A stretch of 64,000 bases of DNA. Origin: an uncultured Pelagibacteraceae bacterium. GTDB taxonomy: Bacteria > Pseudomonadota > Alphaproteobacteria > Pelagibacterales > Pelagibacteraceae. Below, in pieces: positions 1 through 10,840 of the stretch. The translations under genes and the position numbers were made by a program. The notes beneath the pieces were generated by a model, which was given only the letters and a program-made list of their open reading frames with translations, was not told the origin of the DNA and ran no database searches. Positions within the stretch are counted from its first letter, which is position 1, and each line of letters opens with the position of its first letter. The stretch is from contig CACALX010000003.1 in NCBI GenBank assembly GCA_902533445.1, forward strand, positions 7,111-71,110, in the 5' to 3' direction.

Positions 1-2
1 AG

Positions 3-734
3 ATTTTAAACGATCAAAAAGTTGGAGAAAGAATTAGAGAAGGTTTTAAGATTGCAATTCTTGGACCTACTAATGCAGGGAAATCTAGCTTAATAAATCA
101 TTTATCAAATCGAGATGTTGCAATTGTTTCTGAAATAGCTGGTACCACAAGAGATGTTATAGAAACTCATCTTAATATAGATGGTTATCCCGTAATAATA
201 TCTGACACCGCAGGAATAAGAGAATCTAAAGATGAGATAGAAAAAAAAGGTATTAAATTATCTTTAAATAGAGCTGAAGAAGCAGATTTAAAGCTTGTAG
301 TGGTAGATGCAAAAAGCCTTGATTTTACTGATGTTTTGAAGGGTTTATTGGATGAAAATGCAATTTTAGTTCTAAACAAGTCTGATCTTTTAGAAAAAGA
401 AATTGATTCAGAAATTAAAAATATAAATCATGTTTTAATCTCAATTAAAGATAATAAAAATATTGATGAACTAATTTTAAAAATAAAAAATAATTTAAAA
501 AATAAATTTATAACTAGTGATGATATTTTAATTACTAGAGAAAGACACAGACAACATTTGGAAAAGTGTTTAGACCATTTGAATAACTTTAATCAAAAAA
601 AAGAAATAGAAGATTTTGATAAATCAGCAGAAGATTTAAGATTAGCTACTAGACATTTGGGTATGATTGTTGGAAAAGTTGATGTAGAGGAAATATTAGG
701 TAGTATTTTCAACGATTTTTGCATCGGTAAGTAA
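3..734 (+). CDS. mnmE: tRNA modification GTPase MnmE (5' part outside window)
   Basis: The frame from base 3 reads ...KIAILGPTNAGKSSLIN...GTTRD...DTAGIR and ends FCIGK. It lies upstream of mnmG. Confidence 0.97.
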   Translation: MLNDQKVGERIREGFKIAILGPTNAGKSSLINHLSNRDVAIVSEIAGTTRDVIETHLNIDGYPVIISDTAGIRESKDEIEKKGIKLSLNRAEEADLKLVVVDAKSLDFTDVLKGLLDENAILVLNKSDLLEKEIDSEIKNINHVLISIKDNKNIDELILKIKNNLKNKFITSDDILITRERHRQHLEKCLDHLNNFNQKKEIEDFDKSAEDLRLATRHLGMIVGKVDVEEILGSIFNDFCIGK

Positions 735-851
735 TCCCCTATTTTCCTTGTTTTTTAGATATTTTTTGTCCAAAACTATTGATAATTAACACTTATTTAC
801 AAATAATTAAGCCTGTCTTGTAAATTATGTATTCACATATAAATTCAACCC

Positions 852-2723
852 ATGAAAAATGATTTGTCATTTGATGTAGTTGTAATTGGTGGAGGTCATG
901 CAGGATGTGAGGCAGCTGCTGCTTCTGCTCGATTAAGAGTTAACACTGCCCTGTTCACCCATAAAATAGAAACTATTGGTGAGATGTCATGTAACCCTGC
1001 AATTGGTGGTTTGGGTAAAGGTCATTTAGTTCGAGAAATAGATGCACTTGATGGTGTTATGGGAGATGTTGCCGATAAATCAGGTATACAATTTAGATTA
1101 TTAAATAGAAGCAGAGGTCCAGCAGTTCGTGGACCAAGAACTCAATCTGATAGGGCTCTTTATCGAAAATTTATGCAAGAAAAACTTATAAACTATTGTA
1201 ATTTAAGCATTTTTTTAGATCCAGTAATAAAGTTTATTTTTAATAAAAACACTATAAGCGGTTTTCAAACCAAAGAAGGTAAAAAGGTATCATGCAATAA
1301 GCTAATACTAACAACAGGAACTTTTTTAAATGGTTTGATACATATAGGTGATGAAAGAACACCGGCAGGTAGGTATGATGAAAAACCTTCAACAGGTTTA
1401 AGTGAACAATTAGCAAAATATGATTTTAAAATTGGAAGGTTAAAAACTGGAACACCTCCAAGGTTAGATGCAAGAACAATTAATTTTGAAAACCTTGAAG
1501 AGCAATTTGCAGATGATGATCCTTATTTTTTTTCTTTCCTAACTAAAAAAAATTTAAACAAACAAGTGTCATGTCGAATGACTTATACCAATGAAAAGGT
1601 TCATAAAATTATAGAAAAAAATTTATCTAAAAGTGCAATGTACTCAGGTAATATAAAAGGAGTAGGTCCAAGATATTGTCCATCTATAGAAGATAAAGTA
1701 GTAAAATTTGCAGATAAAATTCGTCATCAAATTTTTTTAGAGCCAGAGGGACTTAGAGATCACACAATTTACCCAAATGGTATCTCTACATCGCTTCCAT
1801 CTGAAGTACAAGAAGAAATATGTAATAACATCAATGGTTTAGAAAATGTTAGAATTATAAGGCCAGGGTATGCTATAGAATATGACTATATAGATCCACG
1901 TGAACTATTCTTGACCCTTGAAACTAAGAAGATCAGTAATCTTTATTTTGCTGGTCAGATTAATGGAACGACGGGATATGAAGAAGCGGCTGCACAAGGA
2001 CTCATAGCCGGAATAAATGCAGCTTTATCTGTTAAAAATTCTGAGCCTTTTATCCTTGATAGATCCGATGCTTACATTGGAGTAATGATTGATGATTTAG
2101 TTACTAAGGGAGTTGCGGAGCCATACCGTATGTTTACATCAAGAGCAGAATATCGATTAAGTTTGAGAGCAGATAATGCAGATCAAAGATTAACAGCTAA
2201 GGGAATAGAAATTGGGTTAATTGGAGAGGAAAGAAAAGCAATATATTTAGATAAATTCGATAAAATTGAAAAAATTAATTTAAAAATGAGTAAATCTAGT
2301 ATTTCACCATCTAAAGTGGAAAAATTTGGAATTAAAATAGCGAAAGATGGAATATTGAGGTCTTCAAATGAGGTGCTAACTCAAAAGGATGTAAATATGA
2401 GTAAAATTAGGGAAATATGGCCTGAAATACCATATTTTAGTAAAGAAATAGATGAACAAGTAGAAATTAATGCACATTACAGGGGATACTTAAAGAAGCA
2501 AAAAGCGGATATTTTAGCATTTAAGAGGGATGAGAACTTAATTATTCCTGATAAAATTAATTATGATGGGCTTTCAGGTTTATCTAATGAGGTTAAAGCT
2601 AAATTTAAAGAAATAAAGCCTAAAACTATGGGTCAAGCTCTTAGAATCGATGGAATAACCCCAGCAGCTGTATATATTTTGTTGTCACATGTTAAAAGAA
2701 AGTCTATTAAGCATATAGCTTAA
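852..2723 (+). CDS. mnmG: tRNA U34 modification enzyme MnmG (GidA)
   Basis: [30 protein letters not shown] and [16 protein letters not shown] motifs. Confidence 0.99.
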   Translation: MKNDLSFDVVVIGGGHAGCEAAAASARLRVNTALFTHKIETIGEMSCNPAIGGLGKGHLVREIDALDGVMGDVADKSGIQFRLLNRSRGPAVRGPRTQSDRALYRKFMQEKLINYCNLSIFLDPVIKFIFNKNTISGFQTKEGKKVSCNKLILTTGTFLNGLIHIGDERTPAGRYDEKPSTGLSEQLAKYDFKIGRLKTGTPPRLDARTINFENLEEQFADDDPYFFSFLTKKNLNKQVSCRMTYTNEKVHKIIEKNLSKSAMYSGNIKGVGPRYCPSIEDKVVKFADKIRHQIFLEPEGLRDHTIYPNGISTSLPSEVQEEICNNINGLENVRIIRPGYAIEYDYIDPRELFLTLETKKISNLYFAGQINGTTGYEEAAAQGLIAGINAALSVKNSEPFILDRSDAYIGVMIDDLVTKGVAEPYRMFTSRAEYRLSLRADNADQRLTAKGIEIGLIGEERKAIYLDKFDKIEKINLKMSKSSISPSKVEKFGIKIAKDGILRSSNEVLTQKDVNMSKIREIWPEIPYFSKEIDEQVEINAHYRGYLKKQKADILAFKRDENLIIPDKINYDGLSGLSNEVKAKFKEIKPKTMGQALRIDGITPAAVYILLSHVKRKSIKHIA

Positions 2724-3367
2724 TGGATAAAGAAATTTTAAATTCTTACTCTAGACTTAATGGCCTAAATGTTTCACGTGAAACATTTTTAGACTTTGAA
2801 AACTATATATCTCTGATTCTTGAAAAAAACAAAAAAATTAATATAATTGGTCAAAATACAGCATCAAAAAATGAAATAATTGAGCGTCATATTATAGATT
2901 CAGCACAAATAATTGATTTTGTTGATTTAAATTGCAATACAACCACAGATTTAGGCTCTGGAGCTGGTTTACCAGGAATTATAGTAGCAATTATACTAAA
3001 AAACATGAAAAATAAAATGAATGTGCATCTATATGAAAAAAGCTACCATAAAAGCCATTTTTTGAAAGAAGTTTCAGAAAAATTAAATTTAAATACAAAA
3101 GTTTTTCAAAAAAATGTTTTTGAGATAAAAAATTTAGAGACAGGAACTATTATGTCGAGAGCATTTAAACCTATGCCTGTTGTTTTAGATTTAGTTTATG
3201 AAAATTTTTCGAAATATAAAAATTTAATTTTCTTTATGGGCAAAAGTGGAAAAAAAGTTTTTGAAAATTCTAAAAAAAAATGGAATTTGGAATATGTAGA
3301 AAAGAAAAGTTTAACAAGCAAGGATTCATTTTTGATAAATATAAAAAAAATTAAAAGAAAAAATTAA
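2723..3367 (+). CDS. rsmG: 16S rRNA m7G527 methyltransferase RsmG (GidB)
   Basis: RHIIDS and DLGSGAGLPG motifs; lies between mnmG and parA. Confidence 0.95.
   Translation: MDKEILNSYSRLNGLNVSRETFLDFENYISLILEKNKKINIIGQNTASKNEIIERHIIDSAQIIDFVDLNCNTTTDLGSGAGLPGIIVAIILKNMKNKMNVHLYEKSYHKSHFLKEVSEKLNLNTKVFQKNVFEIKNLETGTIMSRAFKPMPVVLDLVYENFSKYKNLIFFMGKSGKKVFENSKKKWNLEYVEKKSLTSKDSFLINIKKIKRKN
2770..2785. promoter_or_regulatory. parS centromere site
   Basis: Exact TGTTTCACGTGAAACA palindrome (extends to 22 bp, 2767-2788), 0.6 kb upstream of parAB. Confidence 0.95.
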
Positions 3368-3388
3368 AAGAAAATTGAAAAAAATTAA

Positions 3389-4183
3389 ATGCAAATTATT
3401 TCAGTCATAAATCAAAAGGGTGGGGTAGGAAAAACTACAACAGTAATAAATCTTGCAGCTGGACTATCACAACATAATAAAAAAATTTTAGTTATAGACC
3501 TAGATCCTCAGGGAAATGCAACTACAGGTCTTGGATTATCAAATATGGAAAACTCAAGCGATACAATCTATGGGGTTTTGAACGGAACTAAAGAGATTAA
3601 TCAAGTAATCAAGAAAACCCAGTTTGAAAATCTGGATTTGGTAACTTCTAATGTTGACTTATCAGGTCTAGAGGTTGAAACAGCTGATGATACAAATAGA
3701 GCTTTTATCTTAAAGCGCAAATTAACCTCTTATTTAAATGATTCTAGAGGATCCTATGATTATATACTGATAGACTGCCCACCTTCACTTAGCCTGTTGA
3801 CTGTTATGGCCCTTGTATGTTCAGGGTCGCTTCTGGTTCCTTTACAGACAGAATTTTTTGCTCTTGAAGGTCTAACTCAGCTTATGAAGACAATTGAAAG
3901 AATAAAAGTAAGTTTAAATCCAGAATTAAAAATCAGAGGTATACTTTTAACAATGTATGACAAAAGAAATAAATTATCTTCACAAGTTGAAAAAGAAGCA
4001 AGAGATTATTTTAGTGAAAAAGTTTACTCAACAGTAATACCTAGGAATGTTAGATTATCAGAAGCACCTTCGCATGGGATGCCAGTTTTAATTTATGATA
4101 AATCATGTCCAGGTAGTAAGTCATATTTTAGTTTTACAGATGAATTTATAAATCAAGAATCAACAATAGGAAGTGCTGCTTAA
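3389..4183 (+). CDS. parA: Chromosome partitioning ATPase ParA/Soj
   Basis: KGGVGKTT, DLDPQGN, IDCPP and RLSEAPSHG motifs. Confidence 0.98.
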   Translation: MQIISVINQKGGVGKTTTVINLAAGLSQHNKKILVIDLDPQGNATTGLGLSNMENSSDTIYGVLNGTKEINQVIKKTQFENLDLVTSNVDLSGLEVETADDTNRAFILKRKLTSYLNDSRGSYDYILIDCPPSLSLLTVMALVCSGSLLVPLQTEFFALEGLTQLMKTIERIKVSLNPELKIRGILLTMYDKRNKLSSQVEKEARDYFSEKVYSTVIPRNVRLSEAPSHGMPVLIYDKSCPGSKSYFSFTDEFINQESTIGSAA

Positions 4184-5022
4184 TGGATAAAATTAAAAAG
4201 GGTCTGGGGAGAGGTTTATCATCATTGATTGGTGAAGCAAAAGTAGAGCCAGAGAAAAACCAATTGCAAATTACTGATCTTGTCCCAAATAAATATCAAC
4301 CAAGAAAAATATTTGATGAAAATAATTTATTTGATCTAACAAATTCAATTAAAGAAAGGGGAATGATACAACCAATCATTGTCAGAAAATCAAATGATAG
4401 TGAAGGAAAATTTGAAATTATAGCAGGAGAGAGAAGGTGGCTTGCAGCACAAAGGGCAGGTCTACATAATGTTCCTGTTGTTATTACTGAAGCTGACGAT
4501 TTAAAGTCTTTAGAATTTGCAATTGTAGAAAATGTTCAAAGACATGATCTAAACCCTCTTGAGGAAGCCCAAGGTTATAAAAGATTAATTGATGAATTTT
4601 CTTATGATCAAGAAAAAGTATCAAAATTTATTGGTAAAAGTAGAAGTCACATTACTAATTCTTTGAGGCTTTTAAATTTGCCAGACGATGTAATAAAATT
4701 AATTGAAATTCAAAAATTATCAGCTGGTCATGCTAAAATTTTAGTAGGGCTTGATAATGCCATTTTTGTTGCAAATAAAATTATTGAAAAAAAATTATCA
4801 GTAAGACAAGCAGAAAATTTTGTTAAAATTTTCAAAAATAGAAAAAAATCAAGTTTATCAAAAGATACAAATATTATCGCACTTGAATTATCAATATCCA
4901 ATAAGATTGGATTAAATGTTGATATAAAAAATAATAAAAGAAATAAGGGAAAAATTTCTTTTGAATATAAAGATCTAGATCAGTTAAATAAAATAATAGA
5001 TATTATAAAATCTAATTATTAG
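4183..5022 (+). CDS. parB: Chromosome partitioning protein ParB
   Basis: GLGRGL, QPRK, IAGERRW and ENVQR motifs plus HTH. Confidence 0.98.
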   Translation: MDKIKKGLGRGLSSLIGEAKVEPEKNQLQITDLVPNKYQPRKIFDENNLFDLTNSIKERGMIQPIIVRKSNDSEGKFEIIAGERRWLAAQRAGLHNVPVVITEADDLKSLEFAIVENVQRHDLNPLEEAQGYKRLIDEFSYDQEKVSKFIGKSRSHITNSLRLLNLPDDVIKLIEIQKLSAGHAKILVGLDNAIFVANKIIEKKLSVRQAENFVKIFKNRKKSSLSKDTNIIALELSISNKIGLNVDIKNNKRNKGKISFEYKDLDQLNKIIDIIKSNY

Positions 5023-6004
5023 TTTTAGAGTTTAATTGTTCTAATATAAAATCTCTTACTAAATTAACAGAATTTTGCATATTTTTCTTAATAAGAAGCT
5101 CAATTTTGTTAATTTTATAAATCAATTTTTTTATTTTTTCTGGTTCCCAATTAAATATTTGTTGTTTCACTATTTCTTTATCTTTCCAAAAAATTGGCGG
5201 TCTTGCGTTTGATATTGTTAAATCAATATTATTATTATTTTTAAATTCACCAGAAAGTATAAGTATTTTTTTTAATTTAATTAGAAAAGTTCTTGTAATA
5301 AGGATGCAATCTTCAGTAACAAAGTTATTTTCATTTAAAATAGTGATTGTCTTTTTTTTATTTTTTGCAAGACAGTTGTCAATAAGTTCTGAAACACTAT
5401 GATCTTCGGATAAATTGATCAGTTTAGAAATATTATAACTATCAAGTTTTTTGCCATTTAATAAGTAGTTTTCAATTTTATTTAGTTCATTAAATAATTT
5501 TTCTCTATCACCATTACATTTGCTTACAATTAAATTGATATTTATTTGAGACATTTGTATTTTTTTACTACTTAAATAGTCAGAAGTAATTTTTGAAAGT
5601 GTTTGATTGTTATCTGGGTAAAAAGCTATGCAAAGATTTTCTTTACTTTTTTCAAAAAAATTTCTTAGCCTAGACCTTTTTTCGAGCATATCTGAATTGA
5701 TTAAAATTATTATTTTATCAATTTTTTTTTCACTAATTTCTTCTATAATTTTTAGTATTTTATCAGTTGCTCTTTTGATTATAATTAATTTTTCATTATC
5801 AAATAAAGATTGATTAAACAAATTTTCTAAAAATTGAGTTGTATTATCTAAAATTTCTTTTTCATCGTAGTTTGATATGTTTTTATTTTTTTTTGTTATA
5901 GCTGATATAATTTCATTTTTATGACCTTCATTTTTTCCATAAAGAAGTATTATTTTATTTTTATGGACATCTATTTTATTTGATTCAAAAGATTTTAAAA
6001 TCAT
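5012..6004 (-). CDS. holA: DNA polymerase III delta subunit
   Basis: LLYG near the N-terminus, SLF and RPPIFWK motifs; conserved leuS-lptE-holA order. Confidence 0.9.
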   Translation of the reverse strand: MILKSFESNKIDVHKNKIILLYGKNEGHKNEIISAITKKNKNISNYDEKEILDNTTQFLENLFNQSLFDNEKLIIIKRATDKILKIIEEISEKKIDKIIILINSDMLEKRSRLRNFFEKSKENLCIAFYPDNNQTLSKITSDYLSSKKIQMSQININLIVSKCNGDREKLFNELNKIENYLLNGKKLDSYNISKLINLSEDHSVSELIDNCLAKNKKKTITILNENNFVTEDCILITRTFLIKLKKILILSGEFKNNNNIDLTISNARPPIFWKDKEIVKQQIFNWEPEKIKKLIYKINKIELLIKKNMQNSVNLVRDFILEQLNSKTNN

Positions 6005-6462
6005 TCTACTAGAGATAATTGCAATATTAGTTTTTTAGTAATAGTATTAATTAAATTTGACTTTATAATCTCTTCATAGTCTTGTTCTTCTAATTTATCA
6101 CTAATGCTCTTCATATTAAAACTTTCTCTAAAAATAAACTCTCTTTCGTAATCATTTGAATTTACTCTAAAAGAAGCATTAATAGTTAACTTATATTCTG
6201 TAGCAGCACCCGTAGTGTCTTTTGCTATTATATCTTTTGTATACTTTGTATTTATATTTATATCATATTCTTTTTCTGCGTCACTTGAATTATAATTGTT
6301 CAACTTTGATATGATTAAATTATTAATTGTTCTGTTTCCATTTATTTCATTTAATGAAATTGAAAAATTTACATTAGTTAAATCTTTGTAGAGTGGAGAA
6401 TATCCACAGCCTATAAATAATAAAAATACTGTAATTATGTAAATAGATTTTATTTTTTTCAT
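6001..6462 (-). CDS. lptE: LPS assembly lipoprotein LptE
   Basis: Lipobox FIGC followed by GYSPLY; lies between leuS and holA. Confidence 0.85.
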   Translation of the reverse strand: MKKIKSIYIITVFLLFIGCGYSPLYKDLTNVNFSISLNEINGNRTINNLIISKLNNYNSSDAEKEYDININTKYTKDIIAKDTTGAATEYKLTINASFRVNSNDYEREFIFRESFNMKSISDKLEEQDYEEIIKSNLINTITKKLILQLSLVE

Positions 6463-9000
6463 TTAAATAATAATATTAATAATTTTATTTTTAATAAAAA
6501 TTATTTTTTTTGGCTCTTTTTCTCCCAAGTATTTTTTAAGATTATTCTTGGTTTTAATATACTTTAATAAGCTCTTTTCTAAGGTATCTCTTTCAACATT
6601 TAACAGATCTCTTTTTTTTCCATTTATTTGAACTACTATATTAACATGATCATCTTTTAATATTGCTTCATTATAATTTGGCCAAACCTTATCGATTTTA
6701 AAGTTATTTTTTTCCAAACATTCAGATGCGTAATGTGGAATTATTGGAAGCATTGTTATTAAGATTTTACTATAATTATCAATAATCGTTTTCTTAGTAT
6801 ATTTCTTTTGAATTTCTTTGTTAAGAAATGAATATATCTCATGCAGATTAGCAATTAAAACGTTATAACTAAAAGAAGTTAAATTATCTGTCATTTTTTT
6901 TAAATATTGGTTTGTATGTTTGGTAAGATTATTTCCAACATCGCTGTCATGATCTTTTAATATTTCTGAAGAAATTTTTTGATTTAATAACCATAGCTTT
7001 TGAATAAACTTGTGTGAAGAATTGATACCTTCATCTGACCATTGAACATCTTTTTCTGGTGGACTATCAGATAATATAAATAACCGTGCTGCATCAGCAC
7101 CATAATTTTCAATTATTTTTTCTGGATCAATTGTATTTTTTTTTGATTTTGACATTGATTCCGAGGGACCTACTTTAACTATTTTAGTAGGATTTCCTTT
7201 TTCAACTTTTTTTCCATCTAATGTTTCCACTTCATCAGGGCTAAGCCATTCATTTTTTTCATTTTTATAAGTTTCATGACATACCATTCCTTGAGTAAAT
7301 AAACCTGTGAAAGGTTCTTCGATGTTTATGTTTTCATTTTTGTAAGAGATTGCCATCATAAAAAACCTTGAATAAAGTAGATGAAGTATAGCGTGTTCAA
7401 CACCACCTATATATTGATCTACTGGCATCCAATATTTTACCTCTTCATCTTTGAATCCGTATTCATTATTTTTTGGTGAACAAAATCTTAAGAAATACCA
7501 TGATGAGTCTACGAAAGTATCTAATGTATCTGTTTCCCTAATATACTTTGTGTCATCTATATTTACTTCTTTCCATTCTTTTAATTTATCTAATGGGTTT
7601 CCTGTAGGTTCAAGTTTTGTAATTTCAGGGAGCTTTACAGGCAGTTTATCTCTTGGAATTTTATGAGGATTACCATTTTCATCATACATAATTGGTATAG
7701 GACATCCCCAATATCTTTGACGAGAAACTCCCCAATCTTTAAGTCTGAAATTTATTTTTTTATTTCCTAAATTTTTTTTCTCAAGATATTCAATAGTTTG
7801 AATAATAGATTCTTCTGGACATTTTAATCCATCTAAAAACGAAGAGTTAAATAAAAAACCAGGCCCTGTATATGCTTTATTAGTTACACTAAAATCATTT
7901 TCATTTTCATCTGGCTTAACTACAGTTTTAACTTTTAACTTATATTTGAGTGCAAAATCCAAATCTCTTTGATCATGGGCAGGACATCCAAATACTGCTC
8001 CAAATCCATAATCCATTAAAACAAAATTAGCAAAATAGACTGGAACTTTGATATTATTATCTAATGGGTTGATAGCCAGAAGTTCAGTTTTAAAACCTTG
8101 TTTTTCAGCATTAGCAATTGCTTCCTCTGTTGTACCAACTTTAGAACATTCTTTTTTAAATTTTATAAAATTGTTGTTGTTTTCATAAAGTTTAGCAATT
8201 GGATGATCTACAGACAATGCAAGAAATGACATTCCAAAAAGTGTGTCAGGTCTTGTAGTAAAGCATTTGATTTCATTTACATCTTTAGAATTTGTAATTT
8301 TAAAATTTATTTCGCAACCAAATGATTTTCCAATCCAGTTCTTTTGCATTACTTTAACTTTGTTCGGCCACTCTTTTAAGGTATCTAAATTTTCCAATAA
8401 TTGCTCAGAGAATTTATTAATATTAAAAAACCACTGGCTGAGTTTTTTTCTCTCAACAGTAGCTCCAGATCTCCAACCTTTTCCATCGATTACCTGCTCG
8501 TTTGCCAATACTGTTTGATCTATAGGATCCCAATTAACATATTGCTCTTTTTTGTATACAAGTCCTTTATCATAAAGCTCTAAGAAAAATTCTTGTTGGT
8601 GTTTATAATATTCTGGAGTGCAAGTAGAAATCTCTCTATCCCAATCAATCGATAAACCAAGTTTTTTTAATTGAGATTTCATATTTGATATATTTTTTTC
8701 AGTCCAAGTTTTTGGATCTAAATTATTTTGTCTTGCAGCGTTTTCGGCTGGCATGCCAAAAGAATCCCATCCCATAGGATGTAAAACATTATATCCTTGC
8801 AAACTTTTAAATCTTGCTAGTACATCACCTATTGTGTAGTTTCTCACATGTCCCATATGGATTTTTCCTGACGGATAAGGAAACATTTCTAGGCAATAAA
8901 ATTTTTTTTTGTTTTTTTTTATTTTTGTAGAAAATACTTTGTTATCTTCCCAATATTTTTGCCATTTTTCTTCTATTATTTTAAAATTGTACCTATCCAC
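6463..9000 (-). CDS. leuS: Leucine--tRNA ligase
   Basis: MFPYPSG, HMGH and SMSKS motifs; GTG start. Confidence 0.99.
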   Translation of the reverse strand: MDRYNFKIIEEKWQKYWEDNKVFSTKIKKNKKKFYCLEMFPYPSGKIHMGHVRNYTIGDVLARFKSLQGYNVLHPMGWDSFGMPAENAARQNNLDPKTWTEKNISNMKSQLKKLGLSIDWDREISTCTPEYYKHQQEFFLELYDKGLVYKKEQYVNWDPIDQTVLANEQVIDGKGWRSGATVERKKLSQWFFNINKFSEQLLENLDTLKEWPNKVKVMQKNWIGKSFGCEINFKITNSKDVNEIKCFTTRPDTLFGMSFLALSVDHPIAKLYENNNNFIKFKKECSKVGTTEEAIANAEKQGFKTELLAINPLDNNIKVPVYFANFVLMDYGFGAVFGCPAHDQRDLDFALKYKLKVKTVVKPDENENDFSVTNKAYTGPGFLFNSSFLDGLKCPEESIIQTIEYLEKKNLGNKKINFRLKDWGVSRQRYWGCPIPIMYDENGNPHKIPRDKLPVKLPEITKLEPTGNPLDKLKEWKEVNIDDTKYIRETDTLDTFVDSSWYFLRFCSPKNNEYGFKDEEVKYWMPVDQYIGGVEHAILHLLYSRFFMMAISYKNENINIEEPFTGLFTQGMVCHETYKNEKNEWLSPDEVETLDGKKVEKGNPTKIVKVGPSESMSKSKKNTIDPEKIIENYGADAARLFILSDSPPEKDVQWSDEGINSSHKFIQKLWLLNQKISSEILKDHDSDVGNNLTKHTNQYLKKMTDNLTSFSYNVLIANLHEIYSFLNKEIQKKYTKKTIIDNYSKILITMLPIIPHYASECLEKNNFKIDKVWPNYNEAILKDDHVNIVVQINGKKRDLLNVERDTLEKSLLKYIKTKNNLKKYLGEKEPKKIIFIKNKIINIII

Positions 9001-9031
9001 AACAGTTTTAACTAAAATTTATTATTTAATT

Positions 9032-9616
9032 TTAATCTTTCTTTTTACTTCTAGTGTTATTTTTTCCAAGAGATGGGTTATTGTAAGGTCTAAAATTTTC
9101 TCCTTCTGTTTGACTTGCATAGATTGCAGCTTTTTTTAATATTTCTTTAGTTAGTTCAGTTTTTAAACTACCAGACTGTTGAGTAATTTTACAATTTACA
9201 ACGTTCTCACATATTTTATAAAATACTTTTATATCCAAAGCGTCGGATCTTACTTCTGTAGTTAAAAATCTTATACTAATCTTGATTGACTCATTTAAGT
9301 TTTCATTATCAGAATACCAATCAGTAATTAAAATACCTCCACTATAATTTGCTGTAGCTATAGGCATAAAATCAATTGTATCTAGAGATGCTCTCCATAG
9401 CTCATTTGATGTTGCAAACTCAAAAGTGCCTGATCCACTCTTTTTGTTCCAAGCATCATCAATTCTAAATCCTTTACCCTGTTCTAGGTTTCTTTTAACT
9501 CGTTCGTTTGGATCATATGGTATTTTTCTTGCATCAGCTCCTGGTAATTTACCATTACATCCATTCAAAAATAAAATTATCAAAAAGAATAATGAAACTT
9601 TTTTAAAATAAATCAT
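9032..9616 (-). CDS. DUF3576-like lipoprotein
   Basis: Lipobox LNGC; LWRASLDTIDFMP...GGILITDWY is typical of the alphaproteobacterial family upstream of leuS. Confidence 0.8.
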   Translation of the reverse strand: MIYFKKVSLFFLIILFLNGCNGKLPGADARKIPYDPNERVKRNLEQGKGFRIDDAWNKKSGSGTFEFATSNELWRASLDTIDFMPIATANYSGGILITDWYSDNENLNESIKISIRFLTTEVRSDALDIKVFYKICENVVNCKITQQSGSLKTELTKEILKKAAIYASQTEGENFRPYNNPSLGKNNTRSKKKD

Positions 9617-9619
9617 AAA

Positions 9620-9677
9620 AATTGGGTTTTTAATAGTTTTGCAAAACTTTATACAGCTTAATATAAAAAACCCAATT
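9620..9677. repeat. 12-bp perfect inverted repeat enclosing a 14-bp palindrome
   Basis: AATTGGGTTTTT (9620-9631) pairs with AAAAACCCAATT (9666-9677); inner AGTTTTGCAAAACT at 9635-9648. Confidence 0.8.
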
Positions 9678-9699
9678 ACTTAATAAATAGTGTCTTTTT

Positions 9700-9719
9700 T
9701 TGTTGCAAAAATACAACAA
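9700..9719. promoter_or_regulatory. Candidate transcription-factor site upstream of the porin
   Basis: Dyad TTGTTG-N8-CAACAA about 110 bp upstream of the porin ATG. Confidence 0.5.
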
Positions 9720-9830
9720 TCTATGATTTTCTACTGAAATATCGTGAAATATTGAGTATTTTAGAGCGGTAATGGTATTTAGGTTTTGTTTATTATTAAT
9801 AATAACAATTAAAAATAAGGAGTAATTAAT

Positions 9831-10790
9831 ATGAACAACTTTAAAAAAGTAGGATTAACTGCTTTAGCAGGTTCACTTATTGCGAGTTCAGCATTTGCTG
9901 CATCAATGAGTGTAACTGGGGGAGCAGATATTTCTTTGGTAAATTCATCAAATGCAGACCAAGGTAATGGTTTCTCATCTGGTGACTCTCTAAACTTTTC
10001 TGCATCTGGTGAATTAGACAATGGATTTGTTGTTACATCAAAAGTAGAAGTCGATGGTGGTACTTATGATGACAGAAGCGTTGTTATCGCAATGCCAGAA
10101 ATGGGAACTTTAACATTCCAACAAAGTGGAAGCACAGCTATGGGCGCAGTGGACGATGTAACGCCAACAGCTTGGGATTCTTCTTGGGATGTATTAGGAA
10201 GCTCAACAACTGCACCTGCTACTGGACAAGCTCTTAAAGCTACAACAATTGGTGGTTATGGAACTAATAACGAGTTCTCATACTCAGCACCAGAAATGGT
10301 TGAAGGTTTAGGTGTAACAGTATCATACACTCCATCAGGAACAGCTAGACCAGACGGTACAACATCTTTTGCATTAGCATATACAGGTGTTGAAGGTTTA
10401 ACAGTTGGTTATGCAGAAGAAGATAATGGATTATCAGGTACTTCTAAAATAGACGCAAACACAATGTATGCTAAGTATGCATTTGGTTCGTTTACAGTTG
10501 GTGTACAGTCTTCAGAAGCTGATGGTGGAAACTCTAACGATGATGATGAGTTTTCAGCTCATGGTATTACTTACCAGATATCTGATGACTTAACAATTGG
10601 TTACCATGCATCTGAGTACCAGTTCGGTGACAAAACAGCTGATCAAGAAACTAAATCAGTTCAAGCTGCTTACACAATGGGTGGTATGACTCTTAAAGCA
10701 CAGTCAGTATCTATGGATAACGTAGGTGGTTCGACTGCATCTAGAGATGATGTTGATGGTTACAAATTCTCAGTATCATTTGCATTCTAA
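9831..10790 (+). CDS. Outer-membrane porin
   Basis: Signal peptide ending AFA, alternating beta-strand pattern, C-terminal FSVSFAF, strong AGGAG SD and highly-expressed codon style. Confidence 0.9.
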   Translation: MNNFKKVGLTALAGSLIASSAFAASMSVTGGADISLVNSSNADQGNGFSSGDSLNFSASGELDNGFVVTSKVEVDGGTYDDRSVVIAMPEMGTLTFQQSGSTAMGAVDDVTPTAWDSSWDVLGSSTTAPATGQALKATTIGGYGTNNEFSYSAPEMVEGLGVTVSYTPSGTARPDGTTSFALAYTGVEGLTVGYAEEDNGLSGTSKIDANTMYAKYAFGSFTVGVQSSEADGGNSNDDDEFSAHGITYQISDDLTIGYHASEYQFGDKTADQETKSVQAAYTMGGMTLKAQSVSMDNVGGSTASRDDVDGYKFSVSFAF

Positions 10791-10810
10791 TTTAATTTAG
10801 ATTCAATTTT

Positions 10811-10840
10811 AAAAGGGCCCCTTTTAAGGGGCCTTTTTTT
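10811..10840. terminator. Intrinsic terminator, probably bidirectional
   Basis: AAAAG-GGCCCCTT-TT-AAGGGGCC-TTTTTTT between convergent genes. Confidence 0.9.
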
